In this document: in pieces, positions 39,379 to 50,762 of the stretch
How positions within the stretch are numbered: position 1 is the stretch's first letter
How the letters are laid out: each line of letters begins with the position of its first letter
NCBI RefSeq assembly: GCF_001194135.2
Contig: NC_068985.1
Coordinates: 82,622,272 to 82,686,271 of the forward strand
Direction of reading: 5' to 3'
DNA: 64,000 nucleotides
Source: Octopus bimaculoides
Lineage: Eukaryota
The notes under the pieces: model-generated
What the model saw: the letters and a program-made list of their open reading frames with translations, nothing else
Told to the model about the DNA's origin: nothing
Database searches by the model: none
Program-made: the position numbers and the translations under genes

Positions 39379-40020
39379 AATAAATGCTTTGCAGTATTTG
39401 TTCCAGCCTTTTATCTTCTATGTCCAAATTTTGCCAAGGTCAACGTTACCTTTTGTATCTCTTTGGGGTCAATAAAATAAAGTACCACTCAAGTACTGGA
39501 CTCCTCTCAAATTTGCTGGCCTTGTACTTAAGTCATCAGTTTAGGAGCAATAGCTTTGTTAGTCATATCAGCTCAAAGAAGGATTTTAGCAAATCAATCA
39601 GGGGTTCACTGAACTGTTAAAAATGAAAATGGCCAAAAGCATTTGTGCTCTTGGCTTTTGAAAACTAGTATTCTGTTTGCTGAGATGTTGTGTTTATCAA
39701 TACTGGAGTGCAGAAGGCTTCTTTTCAAAGAATGGGTCTTGGCGTCAGACATTGAGGAGGCATATTTGAGTGTAAATTACTCATCTTCTCATAACTGAAG
39801 CATCATCATTCTGGGTTCCAATAACCTGAAGCTTGTGTACGTTTTTGTAGTGTAAATATTGTTGCAGAAGACTGCCTACAATGATGTAGGCTATTGATAA
39901 CAAGACTTTTTTTAGCAGCTTCAGCAATAACTACAATCGTAATACATGATTTATCGAAAATAAAAGTATGAAATCAAAAGATGACTGGTAGAGTGAAATT
40001 AAATTGAAACAAAACCAGAG

Positions 40021-40171
40021 ATTATTTACATTATTCGCATTTGACAGATATTTGTCCTCATCTTGTTTGTTGTTAACATGTTTTGGCTGATATACCTTCC
40101 AGCCATCATCGGGTGTCTTGGAGAAATTTCGAACCTGGGTTCTCATTCCTAAGGTATTTTCGATGTTGCTG

Positions 40172-40207
<36 letters not shown>

Positions 40208-40273
40208 TCACTGCCTGGAATTGAACTCAGAATCTTGGAGTTAGTAGCCCATGTTCTTAACCACTTCGCCATA
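40021..40273 (-). mobile_element. tRNA-headed SINE with internal (AAT)n and a hammerhead-like Penelope-type 3' part
   Basis: A-box TGGCGAAGTGG, B-box GAGTTCAATTCC, (AAT)n, then ACAC-CCGATGA-T-GGCTG..CAGCC-AAAAC, tail aataatgtaaataat. Confidence 0.7.
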
Positions 40274-40585
40274 TATATTTATCTTGTGTAAAGGAGTGTG
40301 TATTTGTATTTGTAGGAATAACTAATTCCACAAGAAGCAGTTAGGTTTTACTGTTTATATTAGAAAATTCTCATAGCTGTGAATTGAGCTATATATCATG
40401 AGGAACAACTACGAACTTGATGACTCAGAAGAATATCTTTAAGCCCTTCCCCAAAATTCCAGTGTTTTCATTTGATACAGTCAAATTGTACCATAGGAAT
40501 GTTCTTCAGTTTTAACATATGTGCATGATTGGAAAACACACACACAAACTGCTGATACAGTAGAAATGTTTCATGTAAAAACTCT

Positions 40586-41239
40586 GGTGCAGACATAGCT
40601 GTGTGGTTAAGATGTTTTCTTCACTACTTCGTGGTTTGGGGTTCAGTCCCATTGTGGGGCACCTTGGATAATTGTCTTCTGTTATTGCCCACCAGGGCCA
40701 ACCATTGCTTTATTAAGAAACTTGGTAGACAGACATGTTCTACCAAGTTCACTTATATATATATATGTCATCATCATCATCATTTAACGTTCATTTTCCA
40801 TGCTGGCATGGGTTGAATGATTTGACTGGAGCTGGTAAGGCAAGTGGGTGCTGCTCCAGGCTCTATTGTCTGTTCTGGCATGGTTACTATGGTTGGATGC
40901 ACTACCTGATACCAACTACCTTGCAAGGTGTACTGGTTACATTATATGTGACACCAGCACCAGTGCTGTTAACATGGCACCTGTACAAGTGCTTTTTACG
41001 TGGCACCAGTGCCGGTGCCAATTCTGCTGTTGCAGATGGGTCTTCTTGAGTACAGCAAGGCACCAGATATCTCAATCCTTATATATATGTAAATGTGTGT
41101 GAGTGTATGAGTGACAGAAAGGGCATCCAGTCATAGGGAGACTGCCTCAACAAATATTGTCTGACTCATACAAACATGGAAAACAATATGTTGAAATGAT
41201 ACTGATGTTATTTGAGTGCTTTTATATTTATGTATGTAT

Positions 41240-41270
<31 letters not shown>

Positions 41271-41480
41271 TCTGTGTGTCAGTTTGTATCTCATCTTCAT
41301 AACTTAGTAATTCAGCTGAAAGTGAATGACAGAGGAAGTTTCAGACTTCATAATAAGTAAAGGGAGGGTCGATGTGGTTGACTAAAGAAAAAAACAAAAA
41401 AAGACTAAGAAATTTTCAAAAGAGTGCCCCAGCTTGACCACATGCCAATGATCGAAACTAGTAACAGGATAAAAGAATAT
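40586..41480 (+). mobile_element. SINE-A halves (40586-40750, ~41270-41480) separated by RTE-type retroposon copies
   Basis: Insert at 40767-41075 (-) begins with (CAT)n within the internal microsatellite position. Confidence 0.65.
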
Positions 41481-41507
41481 GTACAGGTTACTTACACTTT
41501 TACAGAG

Positions 41508-41560
<53 letters not shown>

Positions 41561-42312
41561 CATAGGTTGGGGAGGTAGAGAAAAGGAGTCTGAAAAAATC
41601 TTAGTACACTGTTTCTCAGTGAATGATAGAAGTATTGGCACCAATTAATGCTTTCAAAAGCAAATATCCTGAATGTTAATCTACTAGCTTTTAGTTTAAT
41701 AAACAAACAAGCTACAACAATTAATTTAGAACCTGAAAGAGAGAAAGAGAGAAGAGGGAGGAGGGAGAGAGAGAAAGAAAGAAGGGGTAAGGGGAGGGAA
41801 AAGAAAAGAAAACAAGTCATTTTAGTAATTCCGGACTACTTAAACACCAGCAGTTGTTGATTAGTAGATTATTGATCTCTAAATTTGATTGAAAGAAATG
41901 ACGTATAATTATTGGTCTTTATTGGAACAAGTGCCTTTAAGAGGTGTTTGTTGTTCTCTGCCATAGATTCCGCTTCACATGTGTGTGTGTGTGTGTGTAT
42001 GTGTGTGTGCATATGTGTGTATATATATGTATATATATATATATATATANNNNNNNNNNNNNNNNNNNNNNNNNNNNNNNNNNNNNNNNNNNNNNNNNNN
42101 NNNNNNNNNNNNNNNNNNNNNNNNNNNNNNNNNNNNNNNNNNNNNNNNNNNNNNNNNNNNNNNNNNNNNNNNNNNNNNNNNNNNNNNNNNNNNNNNNNNN
42201 NNNNNNNNNNNNNNNNNNNNNNNNNNNNNNNNNNNNNNNNNNNNNNNNNNNNNNNNNNNNNNNNNNNNNNNNNNNNNNNNNNNNNNNNNNNNNNNNNNNN
42301 NNNNNNNNNNNN

Positions 42313-42382
<70 letters not shown>

Positions 42383-43044
42383 TCACACACACACACATAT
42401 GCGTACATTCAAGCACACACGCACATATATATATACATATATATATATATATATGTATGTATATATATGTATATATATTTATATAGATATGTGTATGTAT
42501 ATATATGTATATATATTTATATGTATATGTGTGTGTGTATGCATGTGTATATATATCTATATATATATAAGTACGTATGTATATTTGCTTGCTTTTTATT
42601 TGAATAGTGTTTGTTTTCTTTGTTCATTAGTGTATGGCTATGATATATATCCTCACCTAATTCATGTATAGCTCTCATGTTTCCACATTTTCATCTACTC
42701 CAGCATCTAAACTACATGCCACTTTACTCCATCGTTTAATGGGTCTTATTATAATGGTATAAAGTAATTTTATTGCTTGTATCATGTTAACACACTATTC
42801 CTTGTTGTTTTATAGTTCTTTTACGGTTCTAGATAGTTGTGTATGATGAAGCCTTGTGGGTTTTGAACAGTTTCTGCTTGGATGAGTGCTGTTGAGGAGA
42901 AGAAGGTATGCTTCTGTCCTGATGAGTCCTTGATTCTAGTTCACTTTCCAGCTGTAGCTAGTTTAACTCTCTTAAGATACTAGTTCTGAGGACATATTGT
43001 TTGTTACAATTTACATTTCCCATCATCCATCAAAATCTTAATCA

Positions 43045-43438
43045 GGCATGAGTGTGACTGTGCAGTAAGGAGCTTGTTTCTCAACCACATGGTTCCGGGC
43101 TCAGTCCCACTGCATGACATCTTAAGCAAGTGTCTTTTGCTATTGCATCCAGCTGACCAAAGCCTTGTGAGTGGATTTGGTAGACGGAAGTGAAAGAAAC
43201 CCAGTGTATATATGTGTGTGTGTGTGTATCTTTGTGTCTGTGTTTGTTGCCTTGCCCCACTGCTTGACAACCAGTGTTGGTGTGTTTACATCCCTATAAC
43301 TTAGCAGTTTGGCAAAAGAGACCAACAGAATAAGTACTAGGGTTAAAAGAGAAGTTCTGGGGTTGATTTGTTGAACTAAAACTCTTCAAGGCAGTGCCCC
43401 AGCATGACTGCATTCAAATGACTGAAACAAGTAAAAAA
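43045..43438 (+). mobile_element. SINE-A, full length
   Basis: tRNA head, CORE-like gacatcttaagcaagtgtctt, internal (TG)n, 3' half. Confidence 0.9.
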
Positions 43439-43441
43439 TGG

Positions 43442-43497
43442 TAGATTAAAGATGATAGACTAAAGATGATAGACTAAAGATGATAGATTAAAGATGA
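43442..43497 (+). repeat. 14-bp minisatellite x4 (tagactaaagatga)
   Basis: Direct reading, immediately after the SINE-A tail. Confidence 0.9.
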
Positions 43498-44231
43498 TGC
43501 TGTATTGGATAAAGCAGTGGAGAAATCCTTTCACTGTAAACACTTTCAGTCATAGCAACCTATAAATATATATATAGAGAGATGCAAACATATAATGCCA
43601 TCTAAAAAAGCACTCGGTCCACTCTGTAAGGTAGAAGGGCATCCAGTTATAAAAACCCTACCAAATCAGACAGTGAAGTCTGGTGCAGCGCCTGTCAAAC
43701 CATCCAGCCCATCCTAGCAAGAAAAACACTTGTTAAATGATAGTGGTGATGATCAATCATGCAATCATGCATGCATATTCATATACCCGATGATTGCACC
43801 ATCATCACAGCTGACTTGCCATCTCTTTGTGCTTTCCCATGGTCAATGTCATTTCTGACTTTCTGCCCATGACCTTTCAGATGACTCTTCGGTCCCATTT
43901 GAAGTGTAGAGAGATAACAGATGAAGTTGTAACTTACTGTGTGCTTCTTGCAGGTTAGGTCTCCCTATGTCCCCACCCTTCCATCACCATAGAACTTTCA
44001 GTAGCCATGATGACAAATGCGGTCACCGTAAACAATCAGTTATACATCACTGGATTATATTGACAAATTCTTACACAACACAAGTACTACCCTTTGACTC
44101 TCCATGGTAAGTACCTAATGACAGGCCAAAGGGAGATGGTAAGTAATCACATAAAACTGCAGGTTTCATGTCAGAGTGTTTTCTCCTAGAATGATGTTGT
44201 GACTACAGATAGGGGTCCCTCACTATATACA

Positions 44232-44434
44232 TACAAGGAGTTGTTGAACAGTTCCTGGTTTTAAGGGTCTCATGAAAGGCCTGATTGGAGTTCTTTTACA
44301 GGGCTTAGAATGGCTGAAGGGCTGCTGCAGTAAGTGTGTGAATCTGAGAGAGGAATATGTTGAATAAAATCATAATTAACTGATCCTCCTGTATTTCATT
44401 TTACCCAAAGCCACGAACGTCTCAGCAACCCATC

Positions 44435-44437
<3 letters not shown>
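44232..44437 (+). mobile_element. Internally deleted mariner (MITE)
   Basis: TA-flanked imperfect TIRs (tacaaggagttgttgaacagttcctggtttt / aaagccacgaacgtctcagcaacccatcata). Interior encodes EWLKGCCSKCVNLREEYVE*, a mariner transposase C-terminus. Confidence 0.75.
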
Positions 44438-44492
<55 letters not shown>

Positions 44493-44827
44493 GTATGTAT
44501 ATATATATACACACATACACTCATACACACATGCATACATACATCCTTAATTGAAATGCTACAAGTGATCGTGATATCTGAGACTATAAAAATGTGCAAG
44601 ACCTTAAGACTTAAAGGATGATGGTTAGAAGAAGATGTTTTCCTTCACAACAGTTGTGAAGCACTTCAAACTATAACACCCTGAATAAAGCTGCATAGAC
44701 TCTTAGCCAAATGAACAAACTGGATTAAAATGTAAACCACATTATCAGATATCCATGCAGCAGATAGATATGTTGGGACAGAGATTTAAGTTTAATATGC
44801 TGTATAATTGTATAATTGACAGTAATA

Positions 44828-45012
44828 TTGGATTCAAATTTTGGCACAAGGCCAGCAAGTTTTGTGGGAGGGAGTAAGTTAATTACACTGACTTCAGTGC
44901 TCAACTGATACTTATTTTACTTTATGGATCCCCACCAAAAGCTAAAGTCAACCTTGGTGAAATTTGAATTCAGAATGGATAGAAAGATGAGATACTGCTA
45001 AGTGTTTTGCAA
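44828..45012 (-). mobile_element. SINE-B, diverged
   Basis: caaattttggcacaaggccagc...aagtcaaccttggtgaaatttgaattcag. Confidence 0.75.
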
Positions 45013-45020
45013 GCCACAAA

Positions 45021-45443
45021 ATAACTGCTTGGCTAGAGATGGAAACACTAAATTCTTGTTCAAAATATATACTTTTCCAAGTAACACATAGTCACAGATG
45101 AAGAGAAATAACCCAGAAAGCATTGGTACACAGATATTGCTCTGAGCTGAGTGAGGACATTAAGCTTCCTTGGACGAAAATATAAGGACACAGACAGTGC
45201 ATCGATAGCCAGCTGGAGATGCAATTTCCAGGGGTTAAATAACAGTAACATTTGTCCTAATCAAGACTGCCACATTATGTTGGCAAATAACCTTTACTCT
45301 AGAGTACTGTTACTGAATGTTTCTTGTTAAGAGATTTAGAAATAATGATTTTTCTATTTACGAGATTAGTGACTGAGTGTCACTTGGGAAAGTATATATT
45401 TTGAACAAGAATCTAGTGTTGCCATCTCTAGCTGAGCAGTTAT
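45021..45443. repeat. ~75-bp inverted repeat (45021-45095 / 45368-45443) plus internal/external direct duplication
   Basis: ataactgct..gctagagatgg.aacacta.attcttgttcaaaatatatacttt.ccaagt.acac occurs on both strands. Confidence 0.85.
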
Positions 45444-45569
45444 TCTGAGCTAATGAAGAGAAATAACTCAGAAACCGTTGGTACACAGATATTACTCTGA
45501 ACTGAGTGGGGACACTACCCCCATCCCCAAGAGTACTGTTATTGAATGTTTGTCCTTCAGAGGTTTAGA

Positions 45570-45628
<59 letters not shown>

Positions 45629-46149
45629 TATANNNNNNNNNNNNNNNNNNNNNNNNNNNNNNNNNNNNNNNNNNNNNNNNNNNNNNNNNNNNNNNNNNNN
45701 NNNNNNNNNNNNNNNNNNNNNNNNNNNNNNNNNNNNNNNNNNNNNNNAAGCACTTTTTTCGCATAAATAAAAATAAACTTTAGTGGGTTGCATAAATCAC
45801 AGGAGTACAAAATTTCATAGAAATTTTTTTGTCAGAAAAAGACATACAAAGCGTAAACATTCATATTGGAAGTTGACTCATTTAATGTCAGAATGGGTTT
45901 TTACAGAAAAAAAATAATGGCTTAAATATAATGAAGTTGACTTTTATTTATGCTGGACTGTATAATGCTTACTTTTTCTCTATAAATTTACTAAAACCAT
46001 TAAATGGTTAACTACTTTTTGAAGACTGATGTTCATACTGGTAAACATGGTCCAGGCGATATTTTACATTGCTAGGAGTTTCTACCTATCACAATGGAGC
46101 ACCATTGACATACATAATGATATGGATATTCCTGACTGAAAACATCTAA

Positions 46150-46400
46150 CAAAATGGATAATCTTGATTGTATGTTTTTATTTTTGTCTGTTTATTACTA
46201 GACACATTTTTAAGTTTGTCGTACTGTTTACACTAATTTTGAACATTGGCTTCATTAACATTAAAATGCCTTCTGGCAGCTCTATTGTCATGTTCAAATG
46301 CATATTCAACATATTTTATTTCTCCATCACAGTCAACAATTCATATGTTCTGCCCATACTGACAATAACAGCAATGACAAATTTTTAAGTTTGCTTGACG
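46150..46400 (-). pseudogene. pogo/Tigger-type transposase N-terminal (Brinker-like DNA-binding) relic
   Basis: Minus frame KYVEYAFEHDNRAARRHFNVNEANVQN*CKQYDKLK resembles the pogo KVVEYAEEHGNRAAARHFGV.E..VR.W pattern. Confidence 0.6.
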
Positions 46401-47555
46401 TTTTATAAATGTGAAAGGGATTAAAATTTCGATACTCCGTATAAAAGGTTCTGACAAGAATAGGCGGAAAAGAATTCTGTTTACATATTCAGTTTGATCG
46501 GTCACCTTCTTCTGTTGGTTGAGTAAAGTGTCATCCAAGCTGATGTTTATTGGTAATTAAGCTTAATTTGCAACACCTGTGCGTATTTATCAGCTTTGTT
46601 TTGGTTGGTAATTCTTCTCAAGAACTTTTCCTGTGATTGTGATTTGAGAAGACATACAGCAGTATGCTAAAGATTGTACATAATCTCTTGTGGGCAAAAA
46701 AATGTAAAATAAAGTTCATTGTGAACAAGACAAACATTTTGTAATTTAATAGCTTTCAATGTGATGTCTGTTAAAGAAAAGTTAATTTTATTTAATAAAG
46801 ATTTAATCAAATCTAATAATAAGTAAGTGAAATTATGCTAAATACAACTAAATTGAAAACTTTTTCCCCTGGCTATATCAGCAATTCTAAAAAGTAGAAG
46901 CTATTTTTAACAAGTGTAAATTACACAGGTGCACAAATTACGTGGGTTTTTATGGTTTTATATATATATATATACAAACAAATGGTCAAGTGGTTAAGAA
47001 GTTTATCTCACAGCTATGAAGTTCCAGTTTGATCTCACTGCATGGCATCTGAGGTGAATGTCTTTCCCTATAGCCATAGAAGAAACTAAGCCTCACAAGG
47101 GTTAAAGAGAAACAGAATCAACAGAAACTTGGTTAAAACCCATTGAATGGATTGTGTTTGTATTTCAGAAGTCCACCCATTTCACACCATGTCACTGTGT
47201 TTCTACGTGAGAATTACATTAAGAGTATGCTAATTCAGTCAGTTGTTCAGTTGATTGAATTGCTTGTTGCCCATATATTATTCTCAGCAGAAGAGTCATT
47301 TAGCACCATCATTAATGTCATCATCATCATCATTGTTGTCATCATCATCGTTGTCATCATCATACATCTGTTTTTCCATGCTGGCATTGATTGGACAGAT
47401 GTCACAGTATTTCACCACTCATCACAGTGTTTTATCATCTGGCATGCACAACAACAAGAAAACTGATGAACTTTGTTGCACTAAAGATGTTGTTTCTGAC
47501 AAGAGTAAAGCTCACCTCTCTCCTATGTCAACTCTATTCATTCCTCCAAACTAAA

Positions 47556-47927
47556 CAGAGTAGCTATATGGTTGAGAAATTCACTTTGCAACCACGTGTT
47601 TTGTGTTCAATACCACCATACAGCACTTTAGGTATGTGTCTTCTACCAAAGCTCCTAGCTGACCAATACCTTGTGAGTGAATCTGGTCAAGGAAACAACA
47701 CAATACTGCATTTGGTGCGTGTATGTGCTTTTTTGCACATGCATGTGTGTATGTACCTGAATGTGGGTTTTTATGTTTGCATTGCATTTATCTCTCACTA
47801 CTTGACAACTGATGTTGGTTTGTTTATGTCTCTATTACTTAGCAAGACTAAAGGGATCAACTAAAACACTTTAATGTAATGCCCCAACATGACCACAGTC
47901 CAATGACTGAAGTAAAATAGTAAAAGA

Positions 47928-47930
<3 letters not shown>
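47556..47930 (+). mobile_element. SINE-A, diverged
   Basis: Both halves recognisable. Confidence 0.75.
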
Positions 47931-47962
<32 letters not shown>

Positions 47963-48161
47963 TGTGTGTGTGTGTGCCTATTTGGAAGTTAACCATGGAT
48001 ATAATTAGGAATTAATCAGTGGTTCTCAACCAGGGTCCATATAACCTTTGGCAGTCCATATAAGATTTTGTTGTTAAAATTTGTGAAATAAATTGCTTAT
48101 ATTTCTACAGTATGCAAAATATTTCAACAATTTTTTAAATACAATTCCTAGTAATATTTAA

Positions 48162-48779
48162 CCCTTTAGCATTCAAATTACTCTGTCAAATTCTATACTT
48201 ATTTATTCATATTGTTCTGAGTGGAGGCACAATGGCCCAGTGGTTAGGGCAGCGAACTCGCGGTCTTAGGATCGCGGTTTCTTTTCCCAGACCGGGCGTT
48301 GTGTGTGTTTATTGAGCGAAAACACCTAAAGCTCCATGAGGCTTCGGCAGGGGATGGTGACGAACCCTGCTGTACTCCTTCACCACAGCTTTCTCTCACT
48401 CTTTCTTCCTGTTTCTTTTGACATGTATTTCAAAGGACCAGCCTTGTTACACACACTGTGTCATGCTGAATCTCCCCAAGAACTACTTTAAGGGTACACG
48501 TGTCTGTGAAGTGCTCAGCCACTTGCACGTTAATTTCACAAACAGGCTGTTCCGTTGATCGGATCAACTGGAACACTCGCTGTCGTAACCAACTGAGTGC
48601 CACCATACCATTCATATTGTTCTGAATTAATCATGCATTATCTTGTGAAGTCAATGATGTGATTGTTTATTTTTTGGAATGACATTGTAGGATATGTTTG
48701 GGAGGCCAAATTTAACCAGTTTGAACAAAAATCAGATAGAATATTTGGGCTGGATATAGCCAGTTTAAATGCTAAAGGG
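48162..48779. mobile_element. piggyBac-like MITE with TTAA TSDs
   Basis: TTAA|ccctttagcatt...aatgctaaaggg|TTAA. A second, inverted and truncated copy lies at 48813-49019. Confidence 0.8.
48221..48609 (+). mobile_element. Young full-length tRNA-derived SINE (third family) with a 16-bp TSD
   Basis: A-box tggcccagtgg, CpG-rich head. ATTCATATTGTTCTGA is exactly duplicated at 48205-48220 and 48610-48625. Confidence 0.9.
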
Positions 48780-49140
48780 TTAATTCTAAAATTATAACAT
48801 GAGTTTCTTTAACCCTTTAGTAGTTTAAAATGGCCATATCCAGCCCAAATATTTCATCTGTTTTATGTTCATACTGGCCAGATCTCACTTCTTCCACCTA
48901 CCCTATAATGTCATTCTAATAATATACAATCACGTCATTGAAATTTAAAAGCTATGAGATAATACATGATTAATTCAAAATACTCTGAATAAATAAGTAT
49001 TACATTTGACAGAGTAATGTGTGGGGGCGGGGTCTAGTAGACTAAAATAAGAATCAGAGGGGCCCATAGGCAAAACATTGGTTGAGAATGACTTGTTTAG
49101 GTGCTATTTGTCATGCATCTTCTTTAGATGCTATTTGTCA

Positions 49141-49690
49141 GTTGCAATGTTGAAGAGGATCAGTGAGAGTGCATCCCTTGCCTAACACCCTGGCGAACCT
49201 TAATGGGCTCACTTAATTGCTCACCGACTGAGAACCTGGTAGTGCTTCCTTCATAGATCCCCTCCACGAGTGCTATAATGTGTTCGTAGAACCCAAGCCT
49301 TCACAGTCTCACATACACCAGCAAGTACGAGACTGTATCGAAGGCCTTGGTGAAATCCATGAAGGCCACCTCTAAACACGGTATTCTCAGCCGTGCTGGC
49401 CTCCCCATCACGTGGCTGACCAACTGCCATAGGAGAAAAGAATTCTCACTACAGCCGTCAGCCCGGATAAATCCATGCTGACCTGGATTAAGGGGAGTTA
49501 CCTGAAGCATTCTTTTGGCAACAATCTTTGAAAAGAGACGATACCCATCAACTTGCAATGCAATTTTAAGGGTACCTTTGTACCATACTTTATACCAGTT
49601 TTCTTCAGCTGTCATAGTTGTTAATGACTTACCTGTCCGTTCCTTGAGGTTGTCAGTCTCTTCATCTGTCCACTTCTTCTTTCCTCCTCA
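49141..49690 (-). pseudogene. R2-like (RLE-class) reverse transcriptase fragment with an in-frame Myb-like motif
   Basis: YRLFSKIVAKR..QHGFIRADGCSENSFLL..VAFMDFTKAFDTVS..(stop)..KVRQGVRQG-(frameshift)-DALSLILFNIA. Upstream in the same frame: KKKWTDEETDNLKERTGKSL. Confidence 0.8.
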
Positions 49691-50580
49691 ATAGTTCCTT
49701 AAAGAATATTTTTTTGCAAGGATTTTGGATCATGTATGAAATATAATGAACAATTAGAATAGTCATCACACATGAAATAGTAAGTTATATGATGGACTAC
49801 CAAAATATTATCAGCTAAAGTTATGTATGATATTTTGTAAGATTCAGCCCATGTCATCCAGTTATCCCTGACTACTATGGGAGCTTAGTTAATATTGTTG
49901 TTGAGAACTCACAGATTCATAACTCTGAAGAATATTCACAAAACCAAACAAGCAGGAGATACTGGGATCAAAGTAACAGTTCTCTTTTATAAAAGCTTCA
50001 AAAAATATCTAACTGGGTAATTTTACATTATGTTACGAGCATTTAATGATGTTGTTGCTATTGGTGATGGCGATGGCAGCAGCAGTGGTGATGGTGGTGG
50101 TAATAGTGGTAATAGTAGTGGTGGTAGTTGTGATGATGATGATGATGATAAACTTGTATTGGATCCTCTTTGCATTTGCATAAATGTTTGTGTTTGGAGC
50201 AGTTTCCATAAAACATACCAGAGTTATCGCTGTACTGTTTAGAATATCAAATGATAAAGAAGATAGTATTTAATTAAATCCTTGAAATAAAATACAACCC
50301 CCCACCACCTCCGTAATTCTTTTAAAATCTGTTTTGCTTTTATAAACTTTTCTAGAAAATTTGCTTCTATCCATCCATCCAACCATCCATCCATCCAGCC
50401 AGTTATATATTTCAGTCACTATAACAATATGTTGGACAACAAAAAAACGTAGCTTTTATTCTTTGTTAGATAATAAATAATGAAGATTTGGCATAATATC
50501 TGGAAGAGCACAGCTATTATGGCAGAAAAACCTTTAGCAGAAGATATCAATAGAAATGTTATATACATGCATGCATGTAT

Positions 50581-50618
<38 letters not shown>

Positions 50619-50722
50619 ACACACACACACACACACATACACACACACAAACACATACACACATATATATATATATATATGTTATGTTCACTTACAAATA
50701 CATGCATATGTACATACATACA

Positions 50723-50762
<40 letters not shown>

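Larger units (their letters stand above)
48017..49095. mobile_element. hAT MITE shell containing nested elements
   Basis: Left TIR cagtggttctcaac at 48017, right gttgagaatgac at 49081. Interior to 48157 matches 54300-54556 inverted. Confidence 0.7.

Noticed and set aside
40205-40272. tRNA gene (also 48221-48295)
   Set aside because: A and B boxes are present, but there is no clean acceptor stem or terminator and the heads continue into SINE bodies.
42919-42950. CTGATGAGTCC motif
   Set aside because: No matching GGAC-GAAA downstream. Other isolated CTGANGA hits (11316, 12518, 29200, 47463, 49925, 61884) also lack stems.
47933-47976. (CA)n(TG)n palindrome
   Set aside because: Common microsatellite junction; cruciform or Z-DNA potential only.
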